From contig JBGAHS010000002.1 in the NCBI GenBank assembly GCA_044226015.1, forward strand, positions 96,001 to 160,000: a stretch of 64,000 bases of DNA, written 5' to 3'. Below are positions 1-11,033 of the stretch, in pieces. Numbering within the stretch: position 1 is the stretch's first letter; each line of letters opens with the position of its first letter. The DNA comes from Candidatus Obscuribacteraceae bacterium. GTDB taxonomy: Bacteria > Cyanobacteriota > Vampirovibrionia > Obscuribacterales > Obscuribacteraceae. Made by a program: the position numbers and the translations under genes. The notes under the pieces are model-generated. The model was not told the origin of the DNA. It was given only the letters and a program-made list of their open reading frames with translations, and did not search any database.

Positions 1-8
1 CCTCGCTG

Positions 9-1187
9 GTGAATACGCACATAGAACATTTTTCGTCTGGCGCGGCATCACATGATGCCTCAGATGCATTACGCGCAGATTTTTTCAGTTCAGTAATCGA
101 AAAGGCAATGGCACCATCAGATGCGCCAGCAGCACCGGCAGCACCTGCAGGCATGGATGCCGGCGCATGGTCGCAAATCAATGCCATGGTCGCAGCTGGA
201 AAACAGGTCAATTTCACAACTGCTGGAGACAACGTAGTACCTGATTTCATCATGGGTGCAGACGGCAAACTCGCTCCAAACCCTGCAAAAACAACACCGA
301 ATGCTGACGGCTCGGTCTCAATTCAAGTTGAAAATTCTCAAGGCAAAGAAGCAGCGATGAAAGCTGCAAAAGACTACCAGGTGTCAGTAATTCAAAGCCA
401 GATTGCATACTGGCAGGCAGCACATCCTGGCGAAAAGGACATTCCAAATCATTTGAAGGGCGCACTTCACGCAGCGCAGACAGCAGCGTCAGCTCCTCCA
501 GAGCAAGCACAACTGCAACCGCAACAACAAGCTCCGAAAGCAGTCGATGCGCCAGCACCAGTCAGTTCACCCGTAAATTATGGTGCACCAGGCTCGCAAA
601 GCATTGGCGACAGAAACATTGGACCTGCGCCTAGCGGCGGGTACAGACCAGGTAGCTTCGAACCAAACGGTCCTATCGACAGAAGTGTAGTACCACCACC
701 GGTGGCAGGCGACCTCAACATCAAAGGACCGCCCTCCTGCAACGTCGAACAAATCCAGAATTTCTTAGACCGCATTGGCTCACCAGCTGCGAAAGAACAA
801 GGCTTCTCTCAAGCCCTTTATGATGCGTGCACCCAGCGCGGCATTGACCCAGCAGTCGCAGTAGGTTTCTTCTTGCAAGAATCAACCTGCGGAAGATATG
901 GACGGGCACACGAAAACCACAGTTTCGGCAACATCAAAGGTGTTTCGCCTGAGTCGCACCAAACAGATGGAACGTTCCGTCGTTATGAATCATGGGCAGA
1001 AGGAGCTCGCGATTGGGCTCGCTTGATTGACGAATCTTACGTTCAAAAACGTGGCTTACAAACAATGTCTCAGGTCATTAGTGTATACGCTCCTGGCAGT
1101 GACGGAAATAACGAGCGTGGTTATGTTGCTACAGTTAAGGGCGTTGTCGAGAACTTCAAGAAGCAGAACAACGTCGCTACCGCATAG
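9..1187 (+). CDS. Glucosaminidase (GH73-like / lysozyme-fold) domain protein with low-complexity N-terminal region
   Basis: C-terminal ~150 aa has GIDPAVAVGFFLQEST, NHSFGNIKG, FRRYESWAEG and YAP, typical of peptidoglycan glucosaminidase domains. The N-terminal half is A/P/Q-rich with no signal peptide. Start is uncertain (window edge). Confidence 0.7.
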   Translation: MNTHIEHFSSGAASHDASDALRADFFSSVIEKAMAPSDAPAAPAAPAGMDAGAWSQINAMVAAGKQVNFTTAGDNVVPDFIMGADGKLAPNPAKTTPNADGSVSIQVENSQGKEAAMKAAKDYQVSVIQSQIAYWQAAHPGEKDIPNHLKGALHAAQTAASAPPEQAQLQPQQQAPKAVDAPAPVSSPVNYGAPGSQSIGDRNIGPAPSGGYRPGSFEPNGPIDRSVVPPPVAGDLNIKGPPSCNVEQIQNFLDRIGSPAAKEQGFSQALYDACTQRGIDPAVAVGFFLQESTCGRYGRAHENHSFGNIKGVSPESHQTDGTFRRYESWAEGARDWARLIDESYVQKRGLQTMSQVISVYAPGSDGNNERGYVATVKGVVENFKKQNNVATA

Positions 1188-1352
1188 AATTCAAGAGATA
1201 AAGGCAAATAAAACATCTACTACTTTTCCAGTAGTAAGTACCTGTTCACGGCGCTTTCGGGCATTTCCTGGCAAATGATTGAACAGTTTTTAAGCGGAAC
1301 ACTAACCTTTGCATCCATAATATAGACGTTCGTTTTTGGAGACAGACGCATT

Positions 1353-1796
1353 ATGGACGGTTCACGCCCAATTTCCCGCAAAAGATTAGCTATGCTTCTG
1401 GCACTTATTGCCACTGTCGGCATTGTCGTGTGCGCATCAGTTTTCTACATCAATCAGTCAACCAAAAAACAACTAGCTGACTCAGCTGAGACCACTGAGT
1501 TAAAACCAGCAACTGCAACCGAAGCCGCCGCTCCAACCGTAGCTGCGTCACCCGAACCTGCAGAAGAGAACAAAGAGATTTTTATTGACCATGCACAAGT
1601 GCAAGAGTCGCCAAAGAAGGTCACTCCGAAGCGCTTTAAGAATCGTCGTAACAGCATAGCGATGAAGTTTCCAGCACCACCTGTAACACCATCAGCTTCA
1701 AATATGACTTCTGCAAATGGTGGAGAAGTTGAGATGTGGGCAGGGGACAAACGCACTTTTGTGTCTGTTCCACCCGGCACCAAATTCGAAGACTAA
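1353..1796 (+). CDS. Hypothetical membrane-anchored protein
   Basis: Basic N-terminus followed by one hydrophobic helix (LAMLLALIATVGIVVCASVFYI) and an A/P/E-rich linker. Confidence 0.6.
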   Translation: MDGSRPISRKRLAMLLALIATVGIVVCASVFYINQSTKKQLADSAETTELKPATATEAAAPTVAASPEPAEENKEIFIDHAQVQESPKKVTPKRFKNRRNSIAMKFPAPPVTPSASNMTSANGGEVEMWAGDKRTFVSVPPGTKFED

Positions 1797-1943
1797 CCCA
1801 ATCAAATAAACCGGAAACGAGGCAGTCACTGAATGCTTGCGAATCCTCTTTGTACACTAAATTGAGGAAGCCTTAGAATCAAACGTGTAAGTAATTCTAA
1901 AGGCTCAATCAGAGTCCGTCCATGTATTGAAGAGTAAACCGAG

Positions 1944-4442
1944 CTACTCTTCTTTCTTTTCTTCTTCAGTTTCATTCAAATCAAAATCAAGACGAACTTT
2001 GAATTCGGCGTTGAGTACCAGCCGTGCATCATATGTTCCATCTCCAGATTTCTTCTTGAATCCTTTGATTACAGATGTTCTTTTCTTCTGAACAAGTTCT
2101 TTCATCTGTGCTTCCGAAATTGTTTTTCCATACATTTCGTTCCAGAGACCGAACTTGCAACCTTCGCGCCAGCGCGTGCATCCGGCACCCTTCGGTGTCG
2201 CGCGCACTACACCTTCCTGACACTGCGGACAGGGGCCAAGCCCAGCGTCATCAATATCAAATCTAACTTTAAAGTCTTCCGTCAGTACCAACTGCGCATC
2301 AAAAGTGCCTTCGCCCGACTTCTTTTTGAAGCCTTTAATGACTTTTGTTTTTCCGTTTTTGATCAGCTCTTTTATTTGAGCTTCACTGAGAGTTTTGCCG
2401 CTCACTTCGCCCCATACGGAGAAGTTGCATCCCTCTCTCCAACGATTGCATCCAGCACCTTTTGGAGTTGGTCTGACAATGCCAGAACGACACTGCGGGC
2501 AAGACGCTATACCGTCAGGAAGGTCTTTGGGGTTTGATTTTTTCGCATTTGGATCAGGCACAAAAGCTGGTCGTTTCGACGTTGTGACATCGGGAAGCAA
2601 GCCAGAAACAAAAGTAGCTATGTCTCCTTCAAACTTGTTGAGTTGAAGTTTGCCATCCTGCATATCTGCTAACTGTTGCTCCCAAGACGCAGTTAAGGCA
2701 ACGTCCTTCAAGTCTTTATGCACCTGCGAAATAAGGGCTCTTCCTTTTTCAGTCGGAACAAGCCACTTCTTGTTTCGCTCAATATAGTTTGAGGCAAGAA
2801 GTCTCTCGATTATCGCTGCACGAGTTGCTGGAGTTCCTAACCCCTTTTGCTTCATGTAGCTGGCAAGGTCTTCATCGTCAAGTTCCTGGCCAGCATTCTT
2901 CATAGCAGTAAGCAAACTGGCATCATCATAAGGTTTCGGTGGGGTGGTCTTTCCTTCCTTTAGCTCAGATTTTCGCTTTGGAACAAGCTGGTCTTTCGCG
3001 AGTGCAGGAAGCTGCTGGCTCTCTTCACCATCTTTGTCCTTCTCTTTTTTCGCCTTGCCTTTACCTTTTTCCTCTTTGTCCTCTGACTTAGGCTCAACAA
3101 TAGTCCAACCAACATCCTTTATCACGATGCCTTTAGCGCGGAACGAATGCTCAGCAAGTTTGATGATAACGGTCGTTTCGTCACGAATTTCAGGAGGCAA
3201 GAAAATAGCCAAAAATCTGGTGGCAACAAGCTGATATACGTTGCGTTGCTTCTCCGGAAGATTGTTAGGCGGCGAGTTATAGGTTGGAATAATAGCGTGG
3301 TGATCAGTTAGCTTAGTGTCGTCGACATAAGCTTTTCCGAGTTTCGGGCGAATAAGATCTCCGGTGATTTTTCCGGGCTCTAATGATTCATTCTTGAATG
3401 CTTCACGAACCTCTTTGCTGGTGCTGGAAATATTCAAAACCGTAGTCAAAATGCGTGGCAACTCATCGACCATGTCGTTTGAAATATGACGTGACTCAGT
3501 TCTCGGATAACTGATTAGTTTGTACTCTTCATACAAACTCTGTGCAATATTCAACGTTTCCTGGGCAGTGTATCCAAAGCGCTTGTTGGCGTCTTTTTGT
3601 AGAGTCAACAAATCGTACAGCGCTGGTGCCTTAGTTCGTTTCTCAGAAGTAATGACAGAACTGACTTGCCCCTCTTTGATCGGATTAACCGCAGCAAGAA
3701 TAGCTTCAGCTGCAGCTTTGTCGTTGAGTCGAGTCTGCGGCTCTGCTCCAGGTGTTATAAACCGAGCAACGAACCCTGGCTCAAAAGTAGCCAGAATTTC
3801 GTAGAACTGATTTGACTTGAAATTGTCGATAGCAGCCTGTCTTTCTACGATAAGAGAAAGCGTAGGAGTTTGAACTCTACCTATCGTGCATAACGAACGA
3901 TTAATGCTTGTGTAAGCACGGGTAAAATTCAGCCCCACAATCCAGTCAGCATGAGCACGGGCGGTCGCTGCATTTGCAAGATTGTCGAACTCTTTGGATG
4001 ACTTCAGCTTCCGCAAGCCATCTTTAATTGCATCTGGTGTCAACGAACTTATCCAGAGTCGCTCAACACTTTTACTTGAACCACTCAATTTATAGATGAG
4101 TCGAAAAATGTGCTCACCTTCTCGCCCCGCGTCAGTCGCGCATATGATCGAAGTAGTGGCAGGGTCAGAAAATAGCTTTTTGATTACGTTGAACTGCGCA
4201 GATGCTTTATCTGCGATCCGGTATTTCCAGTTATCAGGAATCATCGGGAGTTGATCTATTCGCCATGGCTTTCCCCAGCCAGGGTTCATTTCCTCTGGCT
4301 CTGCGATCGTCACAAGGTGCCCGAACGCGTAAGTCACGGCAAAATTATTGCCTTCAAAATAGCCGTCTTTCTTCGTGTTCGCACCTACGACAGAAGCGAT
4401 ATCACGAGCAACCGACGGTTTTTCTGCAAGAACAACTTTCAT
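1944..4442 (-). CDS. topB: DNA topoisomerase III (type IA)
   Basis: MKVVLAEKPSVA, ATDAGREGE, GRVQTPTL, catalytic ISYPRT, DHHAIIPT and GLGTPATRA; two C-terminal CPxC zinc-ribbon repeats. Start moved to the ATG at 4442. Confidence 0.95.
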   Translation of the reverse strand: MKVVLAEKPSVARDIASVVGANTKKDGYFEGNNFAVTYAFGHLVTIAEPEEMNPGWGKPWRIDQLPMIPDNWKYRIADKASAQFNVIKKLFSDPATTSIICATDAGREGEHIFRLIYKLSGSSKSVERLWISSLTPDAIKDGLRKLKSSKEFDNLANAATARAHADWIVGLNFTRAYTSINRSLCTIGRVQTPTLSLIVERQAAIDNFKSNQFYEILATFEPGFVARFITPGAEPQTRLNDKAAAEAILAAVNPIKEGQVSSVITSEKRTKAPALYDLLTLQKDANKRFGYTAQETLNIAQSLYEEYKLISYPRTESRHISNDMVDELPRILTTVLNISSTSKEVREAFKNESLEPGKITGDLIRPKLGKAYVDDTKLTDHHAIIPTYNSPPNNLPEKQRNVYQLVATRFLAIFLPPEIRDETTVIIKLAEHSFRAKGIVIKDVGWTIVEPKSEDKEEKGKGKAKKEKDKDGEESQQLPALAKDQLVPKRKSELKEGKTTPPKPYDDASLLTAMKNAGQELDDEDLASYMKQKGLGTPATRAAIIERLLASNYIERNKKWLVPTEKGRALISQVHKDLKDVALTASWEQQLADMQDGKLQLNKFEGDIATFVSGLLPDVTTSKRPAFVPDPNAKKSNPKDLPDGIASCPQCRSGIVRPTPKGAGCNRWREGCNFSVWGEVSGKTLSEAQIKELIKNGKTKVIKGFKKKSGEGTFDAQLVLTEDFKVRFDIDDAGLGPCPQCQEGVVRATPKGAGCTRWREGCKFGLWNEMYGKTISEAQMKELVQKKRTSVIKGFKKKSGDGTYDARLVLNAEFKVRLDFDLNETEEEKKEE

Positions 4443-4778
4443 TGTGTTCTCCCCGGTTGATTTTGCGTCAGTAAAGATAACCGAACAAACCAAGTTAGGC
4501 TACTCCACTCGATCGATATATCACAGATAGAGATCAGGCAGCCACAGAAAAACAAGAAATTGAGGGGCGAAAGTCCTTGTACACACAGGGTTTACAGCAG
4601 CAAAATTCGCACGCATATTTAAGCTTTCCCTCCTTAGATTTAGTTGAAGGAAAGCGCGAAAAATTCTTCTAACTTGCATTAAAGGGCGGGTTGATCGTCC
4701 CTATCCATGAATACAAGCAGGAACAGACAAGCCACAGCTTGGAAATATACACTTCAAGTTGCAGTATTAAAGAGCGGA

Positions 4779-5090
4779 CTAAAGAATGCCTAATTCCATA
4801 CGAGCGTCTTCTGTAGCCATAGTCTTTGGATCCCAACGGGGAGTCCAAACTAGTTCGACTTTGACTTCTTTTGCCCAGGGCAATTTTTTCACAGCTTGAT
4901 GTACTTGCGCTTGAATTACCGGACCCACTGGGCAAGCTGGGCTAGTAAGAGTCATGCGAACATGCACATCACTTTCGTTGCTGACTTCGACACCATAAAT
5001 CAAACCAAGCTCAACAATGCTGACCCCAATTTCAGGGTCGAGAATCGTTCTGATGGTTTCCATTACGAGATCTTCTTTTAGTGAGGACAT
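4779..5090 (-). CDS. sufT: Fe-S cluster assembly factor SufT (DUF59 / FeS_assembly_P)
   Basis: DPEIGVSIVELGLIY and MTLTSPACP motifs; last gene of the suf operon. Confidence 0.9.
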   Translation of the reverse strand: MSSLKEDLVMETIRTILDPEIGVSIVELGLIYGVEVSNESDVHVRMTLTSPACPVGPVIQAQVHQAVKKLPWAKEVKVELVWTPRWDPKTMATEDARMELGIL

Positions 5091-5103
5091 ATCCCTTCTC
5101 CAC

Positions 5104-5586
5104 TTACTCAGTACTTACGGTTTTTGGACCTTCTTTAACACCCTTTACCTGCGCTTCAGCACAGCGCAATCCTTCAATTAGCGTATTCCATGGCAATAGA
5201 GCGCATTTAATTCGCACAGGGTACTTCTTAACGCCCTGGAGAGCTTCGATTTCCTCAAACTCTTCTGGAAGCTCAATTGCTTCCTGCTTCATCATCATGC
5301 TTTTGAAATTCTCAATCAGCTCCGAAACATGCTCAACAGGCTGACCTTTAACCGCTTCTGTCATCATAGAGCAGGATGCAGTATTTATAGAGCAGCCGCG
5401 GGACTTGATTGAAACATCTTGGACCTTGCCGTCTTTCACATCTAGATAGAGAACAAGCTCATCACCGCACAGGGGATTCACGCCCTCAATAGAGAGAACC
5501 GAATCTCCCTCTAAAACGCCATTATTGCGAGGATTGTGATAATGATCGAGAATCGTCTCTCGATATAACTCATCTGAAAGCGACAT
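5104..5586 (-). CDS. sufU: SUF system NifU-family sulfur transfer protein SufU
   Basis: LYRETILDHY, NPLCGD, GCSI and RIKCALLPW motifs. Start set at MSLSDELY. Confidence 0.92.
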   Translation of the reverse strand: MSLSDELYRETILDHYHNPRNNGVLEGDSVLSIEGVNPLCGDELVLYLDVKDGKVQDVSIKSRGCSINTASCSMMTEAVKGQPVEHVSELIENFKSMMMKQEAIELPEEFEEIEALQGVKKYPVRIKCALLPWNTLIEGLRCAEAQVKGVKEGPKTVSTE

Positions 5587-6814
5587 GACCAAATACCTTT
5601 TGAACTTTTTTGAGTGATTCAATCAACATATCTACTTCTTCTTTCAGAGTGTAGATATAGAAGCTTGCACGTGCCGTACCCATCACATCAAGATCGCGCA
5701 TTAGCGGCTGGCAGCAATGATGCCCAACCCTTATAGCCACGCCATCTTCATTGACGATTTGCCCTACGTCGTGAGGGTGCAGTCCTTTCAAATTGAACGA
5801 AATAACTCCGCCGCGGTCAGCCGCATTTTTGGGACCATATACGGTGGCATCTTCCAGTTCTGCAAATTTGCTGAGCGCATACTGCGTCAGCTCAATTTCA
5901 TGAGCGCGAACGTTCTCCATTCCTATTGATTTCAAATAATCGATAGCAACACCAGACGCTATCACGTCGGCGATGTTTGGTGTTCCAGCCTCAAACTTCC
6001 ATGGCAGTTGATTTGGAGTGAAACGATCTCTCCAGACCATGCTTATCATGTCACCGCCACCCATTACTGGCGGCATAGCGTCGAGAAGATCGAACTTCCC
6101 GTACAACACACCGACACCTGTTGGACCACACATTTTGTGCATCGAAAGCACTAAGAAGTCGCAATCGATTTCTTTGACGTTTGTTGGAATGTGCGGCACA
6201 CCCTGAGCACCATCAACAAGAACCTTAGTTCCGTTTGCGTGTGCTAGCCTGCAAACTTCAGAAAGCGGAACAATAGTTCCCAAAACGTTCGACATCTGAG
6301 TAATCGCCAGCAACTTGCTACGCGAGTTTAATATGGATTTGAGTGAGCCCAGGTCAAGCAATCCATCTTCAGTCAAACTCAAGAATACAAGTTTGGCACC
6401 CTTTTCTTTTGCCAACATCTGCCAGGGCACCAGATTTGAATGGTGCTCAAGCGGGCTAAGAACGATCTCGTCGCCCTCTTTGATATTTTCTCGTCCCCAG
6501 CTCTGAGCAACAAGATTGATTGCTTCAGTGGCGTTACGAGTAAAAATAACTTCTCTAGTATCAGTGATGCCGATGAAATCAGCCACTTTCTTACGGACAT
6601 TCTCGAACGCCTCAGTAGCTTCTTCAGAAAGCGTGTGGATGCCGCGATGAATATTGGCATTGTAGTGCGAATAATATTGCGTAAGCGCATCGATAACAAT
6701 CTGAGGCTTCTGAGAAGTCGCAGCGCTATCAAGATAAACAAGGGGCTTCCCGTCAATCACTCTTTCCAAGATAGGAAAGTCTTTTCTGATCTTTATAAAA
6801 TCAACTTTTTCCAT
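5570..6814 (-). CDS. sufS: Cysteine desulfurase SufS
   Basis: YLDSAATSQKP, EHHSN, PLP-lysine motif SMHKMCGPTG and group II RVGHHCCQP. Start set at MEKVDF. Confidence 0.95.
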   Translation of the reverse strand: MEKVDFIKIRKDFPILERVIDGKPLVYLDSAATSQKPQIVIDALTQYYSHYNANIHRGIHTLSEEATEAFENVRKKVADFIGITDTREVIFTRNATEAINLVAQSWGRENIKEGDEIVLSPLEHHSNLVPWQMLAKEKGAKLVFLSLTEDGLLDLGSLKSILNSRSKLLAITQMSNVLGTIVPLSEVCRLAHANGTKVLVDGAQGVPHIPTNVKEIDCDFLVLSMHKMCGPTGVGVLYGKFDLLDAMPPVMGGGDMISMVWRDRFTPNQLPWKFEAGTPNIADVIASGVAIDYLKSIGMENVRAHEIELTQYALSKFAELEDATVYGPKNAADRGGVISFNLKGLHPHDVGQIVNEDGVAIRVGHHCCQPLMRDLDVMGTARASFYIYTLKEEVDMLIESLKKVQKVFGHVAFR

Positions 6815-7145
6815 GGGTGGGCAAACCAACATAAATTTCTCCATCTCTTACTTCAACACTGTAAGCGCAAACGCTTCCAACTGCAGGCAAGCAGAGCGCT
6901 TTTCCAGTAGTCACATCAAACTTAGCACCATGTCGAGGACACTCGATTTCACCGTCTGAGAATTCACCATCTCCAAGGGGTCCATCATCATGCGTACATC
7001 GATCATCAATAGCGTGGACTTGTCCTTCCCATCTAGCTACCAGGATGCGACGCTTTCCTGCGGTGAATACTTTAGTACCAGGCTCGGGAATTTCGTCTAC
7101 CTTTCCCAGCTTGTAAAAACGTCGAGTATCATCATTAAGGGTCAT
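6801..7145 (-). CDS. Rieske [2Fe-2S] ferredoxin
   Basis: CTH...CPRHGAKFD Rieske motifs; lies inside the suf operon. Confidence 0.92.
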   Translation of the reverse strand: MTLNDDTRRFYKLGKVDEIPEPGTKVFTAGKRRILVARWEGQVHAIDDRCTHDDGPLGDGEFSDGEIECPRHGAKFDVTTGKALCLPAVGSVCAYSVEVRDGEIYVGLPTHGKS

Positions 7146-7158
7146 TTCCCCTCCGAAC

Positions 7159-8553
7159 TCAAGTCAACTCCGAAAAGAAATCAGATGCGGCGGCATCGAG
7201 CTTGCCACCATGAATCTTCTTTGAAATCACTTCGCTCAGCCAATCGAGAGCAACTCCGAATGGTGACCGTTCCAGAGTCTGCCTGAAGAATCCTAAAACT
7301 ATCAGCTGCTCGGCTACGGTTCGGGATACTCCGCGACTCATCAAATAGAAGATTTGCTCGCGATCTACAGGTCCTACAGTGGCACCATGTGCGCACTTCA
7401 CATCATCTGCAAGAATTTCGAGCTTCGGAATGGAGTCTGCTGTCGCTGTTCCATCAAGCAAAAGATTCTTGTTTGACTGGTATGCGTCAGTGCGCTGAGC
7501 GACTTTAGCCACACGCACGATCCCCTGATAAACAGAAGACGATTTTTCACGCAATGCTACCCGGAAGGTGATATCAGATTTGGTATCAGCTGCGGAGTGA
7601 TCTTGTATCGTATTGAAGCTGAACTTCTCTTCGCCCGCACCGAAAACTACACCGAGCACTTCGCTTGAAGCACCTGGTGCTCGCAAAATAGTAGCCATAT
7701 CAGACTTTGTTTGGCAGCCGCCCATAGCAAGTGTCAAAGATTCATAACGTCCATCACGATCAACCAGGCAATTAGACCTGTTAACCATAAAAACGGAATC
7801 ATTTTGCTGCTGCACTTCAAGGAAAGACAATTTCGCACCTGGCTTGACGTGCATTTCAACGAATTGAGAAAGCAGCGAAACAGGGCTATTGGCAGTCGAC
7901 TCTTCAGAAGAGTGAATAACATAAGACAGCTTGCATGAACTCATGTCTTCTGCAACGACAACGGTTCTCGGCATCACAGCGTAAGCAGACTTGTCCAGTT
8001 CGACTGCATAGAAAATCGGGGCGCTGATTTCTACACCTTTTGGAATGTATAGAAACAGCCCGCAATTAAAGAGTGCTTTGGAAAGAAGTCCAAATTTTCC
8101 ATCTTCTTCTGCGTCAACAGTGCTGGACAAATAAGGCTTTATCAAATCAGCGTGCTTCTCAACAGCTGTAGCAATATCACAAAGAATGACGCCCTTGCTC
8201 TGAAGCTCTTTGCTCAACGAATAGAAGCCTGGCTTTGAGGTGCTCTGATAGAGCAAACCAGCAGGCGCTTCTTTGAAGTGACTCAGGATGCCAGACAGCC
8301 ATTTAGGACTCTGCTCGAGGGAATCAACTGAATTAGCTGTCGGCAGATTTGCTGTTTGCAGTTCACCAAGATCCAACGAAGAAATTTTGCTGCGCTTCCA
8401 GCCTTCTTCTCTTTCGCTCGGCATGGGGGTCTTAAAATAGGCTTCCCATGCGGCTAATCTGTTGTCTAACAACCATGCTGGTTCAGCAAGTCTTGATGCC
8501 ATTTCTTCTACAGTTTGTTTGGCGATCGTACTCGCCTTTGCTAATTCAGCCAT
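7159..8553 (-). CDS. sufD: Fe-S cluster assembly protein SufD
   Basis: C-terminal PKLEILADDVKCAHGATVG and FYLMSRG; follows sufB. Confidence 0.93.
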   Translation of the reverse strand: MAELAKASTIAKQTVEEMASRLAEPAWLLDNRLAAWEAYFKTPMPSEREEGWKRSKISSLDLGELQTANLPTANSVDSLEQSPKWLSGILSHFKEAPAGLLYQSTSKPGFYSLSKELQSKGVILCDIATAVEKHADLIKPYLSSTVDAEEDGKFGLLSKALFNCGLFLYIPKGVEISAPIFYAVELDKSAYAVMPRTVVVAEDMSSCKLSYVIHSSEESTANSPVSLLSQFVEMHVKPGAKLSFLEVQQQNDSVFMVNRSNCLVDRDGRYESLTLAMGGCQTKSDMATILRAPGASSEVLGVVFGAGEEKFSFNTIQDHSAADTKSDITFRVALREKSSSVYQGIVRVAKVAQRTDAYQSNKNLLLDGTATADSIPKLEILADDVKCAHGATVGPVDREQIFYLMSRGVSRTVAEQLIVLGFFRQTLERSPFGVALDWLSEVISKKIHGGKLDAAASDFFSELT

Positions 8554-8604
8554 TGCTCCTGTCTCGTTCTTCTCTTGTTTTGTTCTGGTTCTATCGAGTT
8601 AGTT

Positions 8605-10032
8605 CTAGCCTACTGAGCCTTCCATGTTCAGTGCAATCAAACGATTAAGCTCAACTGCATATTCCAGCGGAAGTTCCTTCGTGAATGGTTCAAAGAATCC
8701 GTTCACGATCATAGTAGTAGCCTGTTCTTGCGTGAGACCTCTGCTCATCAGATAGAAGAGCTGATCTTCACCAACTTTGGACACGGTTGCTTCGTGCTCA
8801 ATGGTGACATCTTTTTCGTCGATTTCCATTGTCGGATAGGTGTCAGAGCGCGACTCTTCATCCATCAACAAAGCATCGCACTTCACTGATGATTTAACGT
8901 TTTCAGCACCTGGATAAACCTTCACCAGTCCGCGGTAAGAAGTTCTGCCACCATCTTTCGAAATTGACTTCGACACGATAATCGAAGAAGTATCTTTTGC
9001 GAAGTGAACCATTTTGGCACCAGCATCCTGATGTTGTCCTTCGCCCGCGAATGCGATAGAAAGCACCTCACCGTGAGCTTTTGGTCCCATCAAATAGATA
9101 GCTGGATATTTCATGGTCAACTTCGAACCAAGATTGCCATCTACCCACTCAACCTTAGCGCCTTCTTCGGCAACCGCACGTTTGGTCACAAGGTTGTATA
9201 CATTGTTAGACCAGTTTTGAATTGTCGTGTAGCGAATGTGAGCGCCCGGCTTGGCAATCAGTTCAACTACTGCAGAGTGAAGCGAATCAGAGGAATAGGT
9301 CGGAGCTGTACATCCTTCAATGTAGTGAACGTAGCTTCCTGGCTCAGCGATAATCAATGTGCGCTCGAACTGCCCCATATTCTCAGTGTTGATGCGGAAA
9401 TAAGCCTGGAGAGGAATTTCCACTTTGACACCAGCTGGAACCCAAACGAAGCTGCCACCAGACCAAACTGCTGAGTTCAATGCAGAGAACTTGTTATCTG
9501 CCGATGGAATTACTGTTCCAAAATGCTTGCGAACAACTTCTTCGTGTTCTCTCAAACCTGTGTCCATGTCCATGAACACAACACCTTGCTTTTCGAGGTC
9601 TTCTCTAATTGAGTGGTAGACAACTTCCGACTCGTACTGAGCAGTGACGCCAGCAAGAAACTTTCTTTCAGCCTCTGGAATACCCAGACGGTCGAAGGTC
9701 TTCTTAATTGAATCTGGAACTTCTTCCCAATCACGCCCCTGTCTTTCGGTGGCACGAACAAAGTAGTGAATGTTTGCAAAGTCGATATCATCCAACATTT
9801 TGGAGTTGCCCCAGCGAGGCATCGGCTTCTTCAAGAAGATTTCGAGCGCTTTCAAACGAAACTTGAGCATCCACTCAGGCTCATTTTTCATCTTCGAAAT
9901 CTGAGTCACTATTTCTTTTGTGAGTCCTTTTCCGGATTTGAAAGCATAATCGTCTTCAGCCATGTGGAAGCCGTACTTGTAGTCGGCTTTCACACTATGA
10001 AGCATTTCGTCTCTGGATAATTCAGCCACCAT
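8605..10032 (-). CDS. sufB: Fe-S cluster assembly protein SufB
   Basis: [32 protein letters not shown] and the EGSVG terminus; no intein. Confidence 0.97.
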   Translation of the reverse strand: MVAELSRDEMLHSVKADYKYGFHMAEDDYAFKSGKGLTKEIVTQISKMKNEPEWMLKFRLKALEIFLKKPMPRWGNSKMLDDIDFANIHYFVRATERQGRDWEEVPDSIKKTFDRLGIPEAERKFLAGVTAQYESEVVYHSIREDLEKQGVVFMDMDTGLREHEEVVRKHFGTVIPSADNKFSALNSAVWSGGSFVWVPAGVKVEIPLQAYFRINTENMGQFERTLIIAEPGSYVHYIEGCTAPTYSSDSLHSAVVELIAKPGAHIRYTTIQNWSNNVYNLVTKRAVAEEGAKVEWVDGNLGSKLTMKYPAIYLMGPKAHGEVLSIAFAGEGQHQDAGAKMVHFAKDTSSIIVSKSISKDGGRTSYRGLVKVYPGAENVKSSVKCDALLMDEESRSDTYPTMEIDEKDVTIEHEATVSKVGEDQLFYLMSRGLTQEQATTMIVNGFFEPFTKELPLEYAVELNRLIALNMEGSVG

Positions 10033-10054
10033 TATTGCCTCCCAGGCTCACTGC

Positions 10055-10825
10055 TTAGTTTGCACCGCTAGATGCGAATTCTTTTGCGACCCAATCGTAA
10101 CCTTGAGCTTCGAGCTCTTTTGCCAACTCGCTATCGCCAGACTTGACGATTTGACCGGACTGCATCACGTGCACAAATTGCGGTGTGACGTAATCGAGAA
10201 GACGTTGATAGTGCGTTATGAGAAGCACGGCATTTTCTGTAGTCTGCAGAGCGTTGATGCCTTCAGCTACTGTGCGCAAGGCGTCGATGTCGAGCCCTGA
10301 ATCGGTCTCATCGAGCAGCGCCATATCTGGCTTAAGCAAAGCCATTTGAAGAATTTCTAGACGTTTCTTCTCACCACCGGAGAAGCCATCATTGACGTAG
10401 CGCGAGAGGAATTCGTCCTTGACTCCCAACTTCGCCATGTTTTCTTTGAGCTCTTTTCTGAACTCTTTGACTGGAATGTCTTTACCGCGGCGAGCTTTCA
10501 CAGTCGCTCGCAGGAAGTTCGAGACAGACACACCCGGAATTGCAACAGGATACTGGAACGCGAGATAGAGACCTGCTCTAGAGCGCTCATCAGCACTCAT
10601 CGCCAGAAGATCTTGCCCCTTGTACTCGACGCTGCCTTTAGTGATCGTGTACTTGGGATGCCCCATGAGCACGTACGATAGCGTCGACTTGCCAGAACCA
10701 TTGCGCCCCATCAGAGCGTGGACTTCGCCCGCATTGATAGTGAGATTCACACCTTTGAGAATCTCTTTTCCTTCCACTTCCACGTGAAGGTCTTTTATCC
10801 GTAATATCGGTGTTTTCGCTGTCAT
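10055..10825 (-). CDS. sufC: Fe-S cluster assembly ATPase SufC
   Basis: Walker [27 protein letters not shown] and ITHYQRLL. Confidence 0.97.
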   Translation of the reverse strand: MTAKTPILRIKDLHVEVEGKEILKGVNLTINAGEVHALMGRNGSGKSTLSYVLMGHPKYTITKGSVEYKGQDLLAMSADERSRAGLYLAFQYPVAIPGVSVSNFLRATVKARRGKDIPVKEFRKELKENMAKLGVKDEFLSRYVNDGFSGGEKKRLEILQMALLKPDMALLDETDSGLDIDALRTVAEGINALQTTENAVLLITHYQRLLDYVTPQFVHVMQSGQIVKSGDSELAKELEAQGYDWVAKEFASSGAN

Positions 10826-11033
10826 TTTTTCCTACGCCTGCCCCTGTGAGGCTTTTATGCTGTTTTGCTCATCAGTAAACTGAGTTATGATGGACTTTAC
10901 AGATATAATAGTATCAAAAATATATCTACTGGCGCTTTCCGTTAAGGATTTATTCGCCGCCTGGGGCTAGCCCGAGGGTGTAGAGTGAAAGAGTAACATT
11001 TATCAAGCGGTACAAAAGGAAGAAAGGCTTCAC

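Noticed and set aside
1960..2510. Duplicated C-terminal CPQC zinc-ribbon modules in TopB
   Set aside because: A real duplication, but a normal feature of many topoisomerase III proteins.
4500..4778. Several small hairpins between sufT and topB, including a GAAA-loop stem
   Set aside because: No riboswitch consensus recognised and no nested architecture; compatible with ordinary terminator or promoter sequence.
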